Positions 1 to 8,752 of a stretch of 64,000 bases of DNA are shown in pieces. The stretch covers positions 10,133 through 74,132 of the forward strand of contig JBGSUQ010000030.1 of NCBI GenBank assembly GCA_041753395.1, read 5' to 3'. Source of the stretch: Spirochaetota bacterium (GTDB lineage: Bacteria; Spirochaetota; UBA4802; UBA5550). How positions within the stretch are numbered: the first letter of the stretch is position 1; the number at the start of each line of letters is the position of its first letter. A program made the position numbers and the translations under genes. Below the pieces are notes generated by a model. The model saw nothing but the letters and a program-made list of their open reading frames with translations. It was not told the origin of the DNA and ran no database searches.

Positions 1-74
1 TGTGCCGCAGATGCGATCATGATCCCCAGCGCCACAATAAGGATTATGGTCGCTGTTTTCTTCATTCTTTTCAT
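1..74 (-). CDS. partial CDS, N-terminus only (signal peptide/TM-bearing protein; continues beyond window start)
   Basis: Reverse strand reads GAGGAG-N6-ATG (ATG at 74..72), then MKRMKKTATIILIVALGIMIASAA. Hydrophobic signal-like N-terminus, cut by the window edge. Confidence 0.4.
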   Translation of the reverse strand, partial: MKRMKKTATIILIVALGIMIASAA

Positions 75-518
75 GACATACTCCTCTTCTTCACCGAATA
101 TCAGCCTGCCGGATATACAACAGCCATCAAGACCGTTGCATATATCAGGAAACACCAGCATGGCATAATGTCAAATATTATTGTACCATACCCTGTCAAA
201 AAGATCCTTAAACACAATCGAATAATAAGACCCCGGCAGATGTCATTTCAGCACAAATTTTTTTTATTTCCCTTTTTTCGATACCCCCGTTTGCCGGGAT
301 AAAAATAACAGGGGTAGACGATTTTTTGTTGAATAAAACATCGGTTATATATATTATTAGAGCAAAAGCCTTATACATCCGACCGTGCACAAATCCGGTC
401 AGTCATTTCGAATGAAGCGAGAAATACATTATTATGATTTCTCCTCATTATAAGGAAATCGGGATTCGTCGAAATGATAAAGTGTTAAACTATCAAATAC
501 TATTACAAGGAGCTGGTT

Positions 519-812
519 ATGGATAACGATCAAAAATCTTATATGCAGAAATTATCCGATATGATCCTGGAGTGGGACAAAAAGATCGATGAACTGATGA
601 AGCAGGGAAACGAAGCCGCATCAGTCATGAAAGAAGATTACGCCAAAATGGCCGAAGATCTCAAGGTAAAGAAAAAGGACGCCGAGGCCAAGCTGAAGGA
701 ACTGAAAAGCGTCAGCGGCGAAGGCTGGGTCGAGATCAAGAAAGGGGCCGAGCAGGCGGTAAACGACCTGTCGCAGGCCTTCGAAAAGGCCAAAGCGAAG
801 TTCAAGAAGTAA
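519..812 (+). CDS. small Lys/Glu-rich coiled-coil protein, function unknown
   Basis: 97-aa ORF with AAGGAG (507-512) 6 nt before the ATG. Heptad-like charged sequence. No family recognised. Confidence 0.6.
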   Translation: MDNDQKSYMQKLSDMILEWDKKIDELMKQGNEAASVMKEDYAKMAEDLKVKKKDAEAKLKELKSVSGEGWVEIKKGAEQAVNDLSQAFEKAKAKFKK

Positions 813-932
813 TAATCGCATATTGTTTCCGAAGCTCCCCTGTTCTTCTGCAGGGATTTCAGTATTACCTGCAAACTGTCTTCATTAATATATGGGGAGA
901 AGGAACAGTAAACGATCAAATCGTCAACCAAT

Positions 933-981
933 CATTGCACTAAAAAGGCGAGGTCAAAAACCTCGCCTTTTTAGTGCAATG
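933..981 (+). terminator. long perfect hairpin, probable bidirectional intrinsic terminator
   Basis: cattgcactaaaaaggcgaggt-caaaa-acctcgcctttttagtgcaatg: 22-bp perfect stem with a GC core flanked by A-run/T-run, downstream of the 519-812 gene. Confidence 0.7.
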
Positions 982-1001
982 TAAATAATCTTATCTTTCC
1001 C

Positions 1002-1039
1002 TATAGTTATCGGTTACCTGTTTTCATCCGATAACTATC
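1002..1039. repeat. inverted pair of the over-represented word CCGATAACTATC
   Basis: TATAGTTATCGG (1002-1013) and CCGATAACTATC (1028-1039) face each other across a 14-nt spacer, about 57 nt upstream of the ATG at 1096. See findings. Confidence 0.6.
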
Positions 1040-1095
1040 AGGAATCCCTAAAAATAAGAATTGATCAATATCGTCATCCCTGCTACTACACACAA

Positions 1096-1614
1096 ATGAA
1101 GCGAATTCTTCTCCTATGCACTGCTGTCATAGCCCTGTTTCCCCAGGGATGCCGGGACAACATCGATGAATTGATCCGGAACGGAGACTTCGAAGCCGGG
1201 TATTACTACCACAGCGGCGGCTTGCCGGCGGACCGGTTCGTAATCATTACAGTCGTGATCAACAAAAACGGCGGCGCTCTGAAACGTGAGGAGCGGTCAG
1301 CCAGTGATACAAAAAAAAATAGAGAAACTTTGACGCTCTTCAGAGTATCCAACGCGGACCTCAAAAAGCTCTATTCAACACTGGAACAGCAGGGCTTCTA
1401 TGCATTAAAAACAGTACAAATCGAAAATCCCGGCGCCAGGACCTTGTACCTCAAAATTAAAGCAGGCAGTACACAATATATCCAGGAGGAAAGCCCTGTT
1501 TTGTCCATGGCGTCCAATTTTGACAGGCGGAAATTCATGTCTATCATAAGCAAATTCAACGTCTTCGTGAAGGAGAGACTCCCGGCTGGACAGAAGCCGC
1601 TGGTTGATTTCTGA
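1096..1614 (+). CDS. secreted protein/probable lipoprotein, function unknown
   Basis: 172-aa ORF with N-terminus MKRILLLCTAVIALFPQGC (signal peptide ending in Cys). Confidence 0.65.
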   Translation: MKRILLLCTAVIALFPQGCRDNIDELIRNGDFEAGYYYHSGGLPADRFVIITVVINKNGGALKREERSASDTKKNRETLTLFRVSNADLKKLYSTLEQQGFYALKTVQIENPGARTLYLKIKAGSTQYIQEESPVLSMASNFDRRKFMSIISKFNVFVKERLPAGQKPLVDF

Positions 1615-1674
1615 ATGGATTTAGTAATCATCAATCCTCTATTTCTTGACACAATAAGGTAATTGCGGTAAGCA

Positions 1675-1691
1675 GGTACAGGTACTGTACC
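1675..1691. promoter_or_regulatory. 7-3-7 perfect inverted repeat, candidate metalloregulator operator
   Basis: GGTACAG-gta-CTGTACC lies 44 nt upstream of the ATG at 1735 and just downstream of a TTGACA at 1646-1651. Confidence 0.35.
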
Positions 1692-1734
1692 CTGCCGGAA
1701 CAGCAGGATGCGAAGTCGACAGAACGGAATAATT

Positions 1735-2592
1735 ATGAAAAAAAACTTTTTTTGCTCTGCAATACTAGCTGCGATTCTTATTACCGGATGCGGCAAGACG
1801 GGGGACAGGGCGGCACCATCCGGAATCAGGGTTGCCGTGTCTGTCTTCCCGCTCTATGATATCGCGCGGAATATCTCCGGCGACAGGGGGTCAGCTTTTT
1901 ACGTCATTCCCGCCGGTGCGGATCCCCATACCTTTGAGCCCAGGCCGTCAGTTGCCCGCGATTTGCAGAACACGACACTCTTCATAGGCGTCGCCCGCGA
2001 ATTCGATGGATGGATCGAACGCTATCTTCCCGCCTCTTCAGCCCGGTCCTATCTGATTGATACAAGGCGTGGCGCGCCGGAGCCGAACCCCCATATATGG
2101 CTCAGCGTGAAAAAAGCCAGGGAGATCGCCGAAGCCATGGCGAAGCAGATGAGCGCCGTTGATCCGGTGAATAGCAGGTACTACCGGGACAACCTAAGGG
2201 CCTACGAGGAGCAATTGAATGCGCTTGACAAATCCATTGCAGCCCTGTTCCTGAATACGACTAGGAAGTACTTCATCCAGTGGCACGAGGCGTGGAACTA
2301 CTTTGCTGCCGATTACGGGCTCACCATCGCTGCCACAGTCCAGCGCGAGGGCAGCGAGAAAGCCTCGGTGAGGTCAATGAAAGAGATCGTTGACCGGGCT
2401 CGGCGGGACAACATAACCGCCATCGTCGTGAGCCTCTCTTCTGAGGACAGGACCGCGCGGGTCCTGGCGGGTGAGATCGGGGGAACCATCGTGAGGCTCG
2501 ACGGCACCGGCGATCCCGCATCTTTGGACCGGTCGACGTACCTTAAATTCATGAAATACAACGCGGAAAAGCTGGCAGACGCATTGCGATAA
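1735..2592 (+). CDS. metal (Zn/Mn/Fe-type, cluster-9/TroA-like) ABC transporter substrate-binding lipoprotein
   Basis: MKKNFFCSAILAAILITGC lipobox. ZnuA/TroA-like sequence (DPHTFEP, NPHIWLS). The ORF track begins at 1708; I prefer the ATG at 1735 before the signal peptide. Confidence 0.85.
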   Translation: MKKNFFCSAILAAILITGCGKTGDRAAPSGIRVAVSVFPLYDIARNISGDRGSAFYVIPAGADPHTFEPRPSVARDLQNTTLFIGVAREFDGWIERYLPASSARSYLIDTRRGAPEPNPHIWLSVKKAREIAEAMAKQMSAVDPVNSRYYRDNLRAYEEQLNALDKSIAALFLNTTRKYFIQWHEAWNYFAADYGLTIAATVQREGSEKASVRSMKEIVDRARRDNITAIVVSLSSEDRTARVLAGEIGGTIVRLDGTGDPASLDRSTYLKFMKYNAEKLADALR

Positions 2593-2606
2593 TACAAGGA
2601 GTAATT

Positions 2607-3377
2607 GTGGGAGAAGCAGTGATATCATTAGAAAAGGTGTGGGTCCGGTACAACGACAGCGTGATCCTCGAGGACGTGAGCCTTACGGTTAATACGGGGG
2701 AGATCCTTTCCATCGTTGGACCCAACGGGAGCGGCAAGAGCACCCTCCTCCGCACCATCATGGGCTTCAAAGAGCCCTACCAGGGCACCGTCACGGTGCT
2801 AGGGAAGCCCCCCCGGAAAGCACCCCGGGGATCAATCGGTTACCTCCCCCAGAAGAGCACTGTGGACTTTACCATGCCGGTCAGCGTCTTTGACGTTGTC
2901 GCCATGGCCCGCTACGCCGGCAAGGGGATGTTCGAACGCCTGAATGGCGAAGACCGGTCCCGTATCGAGGAAGTCCTGAAGCAGGTGGAGATGGCTGACA
3001 AGATAGGCCACCATTTCGGCAGCCTCTCCGAGGGACAGAAGCAGCGGGTACTCATCGCCCGGGCCCTTGCCGTGGGACCGAAAATCCTGCTCCTGGACGA
3101 GCCGTCGACCGGCCTGGACGCCTTGGCACAGGACAACTTTTATCAGATGCTCCTGTCACTACGCACTTCGATGAACCTGACCATCGTCATGGTTTCCCAC
3201 GATATCGGCGCTGTATCAAGCATCGTTGACCGGCTGGCGTGTCTCAAGACCAGGCTGCATTTCCATGGCACGCCCGGAGATTGCCTCTCCAACGAATCGC
3301 TCTCCAGCGTGTTCGGGAAAAATGTCTATTACGTCAAACACGATAAAAACTGCGAGGGATGCGGAGAAAACAAATGA
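2607..3377 (+). CDS. metal ABC transporter ATP-binding protein
   Basis: GTG start with AAGGAG at 2596-2601. Walker A GPNGSGKST, signature LSEGQKQR, Walker B LLLDEP. Confidence 0.9.
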   Translation: MGEAVISLEKVWVRYNDSVILEDVSLTVNTGEILSIVGPNGSGKSTLLRTIMGFKEPYQGTVTVLGKPPRKAPRGSIGYLPQKSTVDFTMPVSVFDVVAMARYAGKGMFERLNGEDRSRIEEVLKQVEMADKIGHHFGSLSEGQKQRVLIARALAVGPKILLLDEPSTGLDALAQDNFYQMLLSLRTSMNLTIVMVSHDIGAVSSIVDRLACLKTRLHFHGTPGDCLSNESLSSVFGKNVYYVKHDKNCEGCGENK

Positions 3378-4186
3378 TAGAACTATTCCAGCTCCAATTC
3401 TTCCGCAACGCCTTTATCATGAGCTTAATCGTGGGTGTACTCTTCGGCATCCTATCCTTCTTCGTTGTTATGCGGAAGATGTCCTTCCTGGGAGCCGGCA
3501 TCGCTCATACCGCCTTCGGAGGCGTGGCCCTGGGCGTGCTCCTGGGGATCGATCCCTTCCTCACATCCTTCGCCTTCTGCGTGGCGGCGGCGATACTTAT
3601 CGGCAAGATGGTACGCTACGGCAGAATATCCTTCGACATGGGAATTGGCATATTCTTTTCGTTTTCCATGGCCCTTGGGGCCATCTTTCTCTCGCTGAAA
3701 AAGGGGTACTCCTTCGACCTCATGAGCTACCTTTTCGGGAACATACTGGCTGTTACCCCGGCTGACAATATCATCGCCCTGGCGACACTGGCCGTCTTCG
3801 TCCCCTTTATTTTCATATTCATCCACCGGATTCTCTTCATGACCATGGACGAGGAGGTGGCGGCCGTGAGCGGCGTCCGCACGGAACTGCTAGACACGAT
3901 CCTCCTAGTTTTCCTCGCGGGAATCATAGTCATCAGCATAAAAATCGTGGGGATTATACTGATATCGGCGCTGGTGGTTCTGCCGGCGAGCTTTGGCCTG
4001 CTGGTATCGAAGGATTACCGGAAGGTCATCCTGTCCGGCATCGTCTTTACGGTTGTAGTGATGATCGGGGGGCTCTTTCTATCCTATTTTCTGGATACGC
4101 CGGCCGGGGCCACCATGGTAACGGCAGGAACCATCCTCTATTTCCTCTCACTGGGAATGGTGAAAATTATCCTTCCCGACCGCTGA
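3374..4186 (+). CDS. metal ABC transporter permease (ZnuB/TroC-like)
   Basis: Multi-TM protein. The ATG at 3374 overlaps the upstream stop (ATGA); the ORF track start at 3359 is also possible. Confidence 0.85.
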   Translation: MIELFQLQFFRNAFIMSLIVGVLFGILSFFVVMRKMSFLGAGIAHTAFGGVALGVLLGIDPFLTSFAFCVAAAILIGKMVRYGRISFDMGIGIFFSFSMALGAIFLSLKKGYSFDLMSYLFGNILAVTPADNIIALATLAVFVPFIFIFIHRILFMTMDEEVAAVSGVRTELLDTILLVFLAGIIVISIKIVGIILISALVVLPASFGLLVSKDYRKVILSGIVFTVVVMIGGLFLSYFLDTPAGATMVTAGTILYFLSLGMVKIILPDR

Positions 4187-4188
4187 CA

Positions 4189-4794
4189 CTACCCCGCCAG
4201 GTATCCAACACCGCAGATCACAAGGAGCACCAGCATGAAGAAGAGTGTGACTCCCACCAGCAGCGCCGGGAAAATGTAAATAACGAATGCTTTTCCGAAT
4301 CCGGCGGAGTGCATCTCGGAAATCCCCTGGACCGCAACGAGAGCAGTCCAGACCAGGAGTCCAAGAGAAAAAAAGGTGTAGAAGAACAGGGGCGCAAAAT
4401 TGAACACCTTGAAGATATACACCAGGGGGAGGATAAATATCTTCGGGAAGAGGGAAAAATTAACCAGTATTACGAAATCGCGGATATTACCCTTGTAGCC
4501 GAAAAACTGCGCTGCCATGTCCATAAGGGCCGCCGAGATAACGACCGTAAGGGCGTGGTATAAAAACATAAAAATCCACCCGTAGGTGATTTTATAAAAG
4601 AAGAAGGGCGATTCTTTTCCCAGGAGCGACATGGTTATGATATCGATGACGGCTACTGCCGCAGGTATGATAAAGCTGAGCGCGAAGGATTTCGGCTCCT
4701 GCCGGTCGATCTGCCGGTAGAGGGCCCGCGGGTCCAGCAGGGCATACAGGAAGAGGTCCGCCCAGCGGAGCAATCTTAACTCTGAAATGATCAT
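4189..4794 (-). CDS. Yip1-family integral membrane protein
   Basis: 201 aa with about 5 TM helices in a Yip1-like layout. Its start overlaps the sppA stop by 4 nt. Confidence 0.7.
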   Translation of the reverse strand: MIISELRLLRWADLFLYALLDPRALYRQIDRQEPKSFALSFIIPAAVAVIDIITMSLLGKESPFFFYKITYGWIFMFLYHALTVVISAALMDMAAQFFGYKGNIRDFVILVNFSLFPKIFILPLVYIFKVFNFAPLFFYTFFSLGLLVWTALVAVQGISEMHSAGFGKAFVIYIFPALLVGVTLFFMLVLLVICGVGYLAG

Positions 4795-5750
4795 GGCAGG
4801 TACCTGTACTCGATCCGGTAATTATTTTCCTGCTCCAGGCTCCGCAGCCCCTGCTCCATGAGGTTCTGGCCGCGGAACATGCCTTCCATCCTGAATAACA
4901 TCTGCTCAAAAGGTGACTTCATTTCTTCATAGACCGGGCAGTCCTCGGAGAGCTTCGCCATCTGACGCGCCTTGTCAATGGCGTCCTCGAAGGTACCCAG
5001 CATGTCTACAAGCTTGTTTTTCAAAGCAGTCTCGCCGCTCATCACACGGCCGTCGGCAATGGGCTGAATATCGGATTCATTCTGGTTTCTGCCGAGTGCC
5101 ACATCTTTAAGAAATTTCCGGTATGACGAATCGATTATCTCCTGTATGAGCTGACGCTCCTCCGGGCTGATGTCCCGGAAGGTTGAGAGTATGTCTTTGT
5201 ATCTCCCGCTCTTGATGACATTCATATCGATCCCAATTTTTTCGAAGAGCCGGCGAAGGTTCGGCGACACCGCTATCACGCCGATGGACCCGGTAAGGCT
5301 CCCGTGGTTGGCCACGATGTAGTTGCACGCGGAAGCAATGTAATATCCGCCGGACGCAGCAATCTCCCCCATAGAGGCCACGAGGGGAATGTTCTTTTTT
5401 CTCAGCTTCCAGAGCTTCTGGTATACTTCCTGGGAGGCTCCAACAGTGCCCCCGGGAGAATTTATCCTCACCACCACAGCCTTGATGTCGCTGTTGCGCT
5501 CGAGGTCGTCAAGGCGGCGTATGATATTTTCTGCGCCCTGGGTCATGCTCAGGGGAGAAGTTGAGCCTATCATCTGTATAGCCCCTTCAACGCGGACGAT
5601 ACCTACCCCGGACCCCATCTGCGGCCCCCGGAAGGACATCCCGGCGCCGCGTTTCTGCTGCATATTCATGCTGATGTCTACAATCGCTATAACCGAAGAA
5701 AGGACCAGCAGTGCCAGTATGGAAATGAGTATTTTTCTGTTTCGATCCAT
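4791..5750 (-). CDS. sppA: signal peptide peptidase SppA (36K type)
   Basis: N-terminal TM, then a ClpP/crotonase-fold S49 peptidase sequence (RINSPGGTVGASQE, IAASGGYYIA). Confidence 0.9.
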   Translation of the reverse strand: MDRNRKILISILALLVLSSVIAIVDISMNMQQKRGAGMSFRGPQMGSGVGIVRVEGAIQMIGSTSPLSMTQGAENIIRRLDDLERNSDIKAVVVRINSPGGTVGASQEVYQKLWKLRKKNIPLVASMGEIAASGGYYIASACNYIVANHGSLTGSIGVIAVSPNLRRLFEKIGIDMNVIKSGRYKDILSTFRDISPEERQLIQEIIDSSYRKFLKDVALGRNQNESDIQPIADGRVMSGETALKNKLVDMLGTFEDAIDKARQMAKLSEDCPVYEEMKSPFEQMLFRMEGMFRGQNLMEQGLRSLEQENNYRIEYRYLP

Positions 5751-5818
5751 TGTTTTGCCTTATGACAAGTATAGTTATGCTTCGATATTCGGATAGTTAT
5801 CGGTATACAGAAAATAAA

Positions 5819-6115
5819 TTAATAGTGAGTTTTCCCGATGCAGATGCAAGCATACACCATGTCTTTGGGCGGCTCACATTTGTTTTTTTTCACAAATACT
5901 TTCATACTCGGATCAACGCCATCACAGGTACAATAGCTCACGGTTGTAAGCTCCTGACGGGATATGCTGGTCTTGGCTATCATTTCCGCCAGAATTACTT
6001 CCTGTTCGCAAATGTATACTTCAACGACCTGGTAGAGGCCCCTATTCGTACTATGGAGAACGCTTGTAACAACAAACAATAAAACAATGGTCACCAGTAG
6101 TATCAATCGTTTCAT
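5819..6115 (-). CDS. small secreted/anchored Cys-rich protein, unknown function
   Basis: 98 aa with N-terminus MKRLILLVTIVLLFVVTSV and 6 Cys in the mature part. Lower G+C than neighbours. Confidence 0.5.
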   Translation of the reverse strand: MKRLILLVTIVLLFVVTSVLHSTNRGLYQVVEVYICEQEVILAEMIAKTSISRQELTTVSYCTCDGVDPSMKVFVKKNKCEPPKDMVYACICIGKTHY

Positions 6116-6246
6116 GCTGCTCCTCCTTGAATGTGCAATCTGTACCTTCCTGAAACGTGCTGAATCACGACTAATCAGACAGGAATTAACCAGATAAAAT
6201 AAAGATATTCAAGAAGATAATAAAAATCAAGTACTATTTATAGGTC

Positions 6247-6275
6247 GTGGCCCCGCGTACACAACGCGGGGCCAC
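6247..6275 (-). terminator. GC-rich hairpin just 3' of rnpB
   Basis: gtggccccgcg-tacacaa-cgcggggccac: 11-bp stem, 12 nt downstream of the RNase P RNA 3' end on the minus strand. No clear U-tract. Confidence 0.5.
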
Positions 6276-6286
6276 CATGAATAATG

Positions 6287-6630
6287 GAGGGGGACATAAG
6301 CCGAATTCTGTTTATGCAGCAATCTATCTTGACCGGATGTTGCCATACGGTTCTGTGCGACCTACCCGCAGCTTCGAACGGGCCGTCCTCAAACAGCTGC
6401 TTACTTGGTCTTGCACCAGGTGGGGTTTACCTTGCCGTCGGCATTACTGCTGACGCGGTGAGCTCTTACCTCACCATTTCACCCTTACCCCTTGCGGGGC
6501 GGTATCTTTTCTGTTGCACTTTCCATCGCCTTACGGCGCCCGGGTGTTACCCGGCACCCTGCCCTGCGGTGTTCGGACTTTCCTCACCGCCCGCCTCGCG
6601 GCAGGCCAGCGCTACTGCTTGGCCCCCTCC
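6287..6630 (-). ncRNA. rnpB: RNase P RNA, bacterial type A
   Basis: The reverse complement carries the universal blocks GAGGAAAGUCCG, AGGGCAGGGUGCC, AGUGCAACAGAAA, GGUAAGGGUGAAA, GGUAAGAGC, GGUAAACCCCACC and ACAGAAUUCGGCUUAU. P1 pairs GGAGGGGG (5') with CCCCCUCC (3'). Ends are +/- a few nt. Confidence 0.95.
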
Positions 6631-6684
6631 ATGTATATCAATAACGATAAAGCTATTATGTGGCAAGTATAATTCATACTTTTT

Positions 6685-7146
6685 TTATGTTATGCAGTAT
6701 ATTGGGTGTGACATCAATTTTGCAGTTACTCCCCAGGAAAAGACCCAGTTGACTATATCATCAATTATCAATTTATTCATCGCATAACTTATTAAAGGAT
6801 AGTTATCGGGATTATTTTTCATTGAATCAACCATTTCATCAAGATATTCATCAATCGCTTGAGCTACAAGAAGGGATACGGATTTCTTGAAGGTTTTCCT
6901 TAAATCAAGAAACAATTCATATTCTCCTGGCCTCAAGCCAATATGCAGACGATGATATCCCCCCTTCTCCACTCTTTTTTGATACTGTATCTGTTCCCAC
7001 ATTTTTGAAAACCTATCATGATCTCTGGAAAGACGAAGCATTAATGAAGAAATAATTGATCCTTTCGATCGTCCTGTAAAAATTGATGCATTAACGAGTA
7101 ATTCAAAATAATAATTCTTTATATTTAATGTAGTTTCTATATTCAT
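6685..7146 (-). CDS. hypothetical protein in a low-GC islet (possibly DUF1564-like)
   Basis: 153-aa ORF at roughly 35% G+C by eye versus about 55-60% in neighbours. From memory it resembles Leptospira DUF1564 proteins (YQ...G...R...F segment); not verified. Confidence 0.55.
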   Translation of the reverse strand: MNIETTLNIKNYYFELLVNASIFTGRSKGSIISSLMLRLSRDHDRFSKMWEQIQYQKRVEKGGYHRLHIGLRPGEYELFLDLRKTFKKSVSLLVAQAIDEYLDEMVDSMKNNPDNYPLISYAMNKLIIDDIVNWVFSWGVTAKLMSHPIYCIT

Positions 7147-7254
7147 ATCACCCTCACTGGAGATATTAACGAACAGTAGAACGTGATACGAAAATTTTTT
7201 TACAACCGATAACTATCTATACACATATTGTAGTTGGATTCACAGGTATTATCT

Positions 7255-8691
7255 CTAATCATCTTCCATCTCTCGAGCACGCCTGATAAGGTTTATTGCC
7301 ATGTCGTGGAATATAAGGAAGTGTGAGGGTTTAAGCAGGTACCAGTAGACATACCCCCACAGTCCATGGGGAAGGAAATAAGCGGTCTGCACCAAGGAAT
7401 TCCCGTCTATATGGAATTCAAGCCATGCCTTTCCTGGTAGTTTCATCTGAGCAAGGAGAAGGAGCCTTTTGTCCTCCTGGATATCCGCAACCTTCCAGAA
7501 GTCCAGACTGTCCCCGATACGGAGGTGATCGGCATCTCTTCTTCCCCTGCTCATGCCGTAGCCGCCGATTAGTTTATCCAGGTAACCGCGGATCTCCCAT
7601 AAAAAATGATAAGAAAACCACCCGTTTTCACCTCCCAGCGCCATGATGGATCGGAACATATGGTGCGGCGATATATTCCCGAAATCCTTTATCTTCCTGT
7701 CCAGGAGCACCTCGTGGGCAATCTCATCATGGCCCTTGACGTCGCACAATTCAGCGCCGCTGCTGTCGCTCCATCTGCTCAAAACCTGTTTATTTTCGAT
7801 GTCATCAACTGCTTTGCGCATGGCCGCTTCGAATGACGCGGGAACGATACGGGGAAAATATATTTCAACGTTCCTGTTCCGGATCAGGGTTTCGCATCTT
7901 AATCCCTTCAGAAGCGCCACGGTCATGTGCCGGGGCACTGGAAAAATATTTATAAAAAATGCGGATGCCAGTCTGAGGGTCCAAGCGGGGATGGGAATGA
8001 TATATCTTTTCACCCCGATCACTTCGGCCGTTTTTTTGAGTATATCCCGGTAACTCATTATATCCGAGCCAATATCGATGACCACATCTCCCTTCACAGC
8101 GAGGTCCCTGGCGCCGTTAAGATAGGACAGGACGTCATCAACAGCAATCGGTTGTGTCATGGTATCGATTGAGCTGGGAGCAACCATGACCGGCGCTTTT
8201 TCCACAAAATTCCAGAGTATCTCGAAGCTGGCGCTGCCGGAGCCGATGATCATTGCGGCGCGAAACCAGATGGTCTGGATCCTGACAGGGCGGGCGGAGA
8301 GAATTTCACCCGTCTCGATGCGGCTCAGGAGGTGCTTGCTCGCGCATTCCTTAATGCCCAGTCCGCCGAGATATATAATCCTTTTAACGCCTGCCTCGAT
8401 ACAGGCTTCCCTGAAGTTCTCGGCGCTGATGCGGTCAAGTTCCCTGAAATCGCCTTTTGCTCCCATGGAGTGGATGAGGTAGTACGCAACATCGATTCCC
8501 CGGAGAGCAGCCTTGAGGGACTCCTTGTCAAAAGATGATCCCTCAACGATATCGACTTTCTTTCGGGAAACATCTTGGATCTTCTTTACATTTCTGACAA
8601 AAAGCCGCAACTCCACACTTTCATCCTCAAGGAGTTTAACTTTCAATCTGCGCCCGATATAACCAGTTGCACCTGTCAGCAGCACTTTCAT
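7255..8691 (-). CDS. NAD(P)-binding SDR/NmrA-like protein with C-terminal DUF2867-like domain
   Basis: MKVLLTGATGYIGRRL Rossmann motif at the chosen start. The ORF track extends to 8724. About 478 aa. Confidence 0.8.
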   Translation of the reverse strand: MKVLLTGATGYIGRRLKVKLLEDESVELRLFVRNVKKIQDVSRKKVDIVEGSSFDKESLKAALRGIDVAYYLIHSMGAKGDFRELDRISAENFREACIEAGVKRIIYLGGLGIKECASKHLLSRIETGEILSARPVRIQTIWFRAAMIIGSGSASFEILWNFVEKAPVMVAPSSIDTMTQPIAVDDVLSYLNGARDLAVKGDVVIDIGSDIMSYRDILKKTAEVIGVKRYIIPIPAWTLRLASAFFINIFPVPRHMTVALLKGLRCETLIRNRNVEIYFPRIVPASFEAAMRKAVDDIENKQVLSRWSDSSGAELCDVKGHDEIAHEVLLDRKIKDFGNISPHHMFRSIMALGGENGWFSYHFLWEIRGYLDKLIGGYGMSRGRRDADHLRIGDSLDFWKVADIQEDKRLLLLAQMKLPGKAWLEFHIDGNSLVQTAYFLPHGLWGYVYWYLLKPSHFLIFHDMAINLIRRAREMEDD

Positions 8692-8752
8692 AGGGCCAAT
8701 ACCCTTCTTTCCCGCTATCCGCATACTCGCTTAATGGGACAAGCCAATAATC

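Noticed and set aside
208-390. 60-aa minus-strand ORF in the first intergenic region
   Set aside because: It has no RBS and no recognisable features, and it lies in AT-rich non-coding-looking DNA.
6247-6787. ORFs of 68 and 167 aa overlapping 6287-6630
   Set aside because: This region is unmistakably RNase P RNA on the opposite strand. The ORFs are translations of a structured RNA gene.
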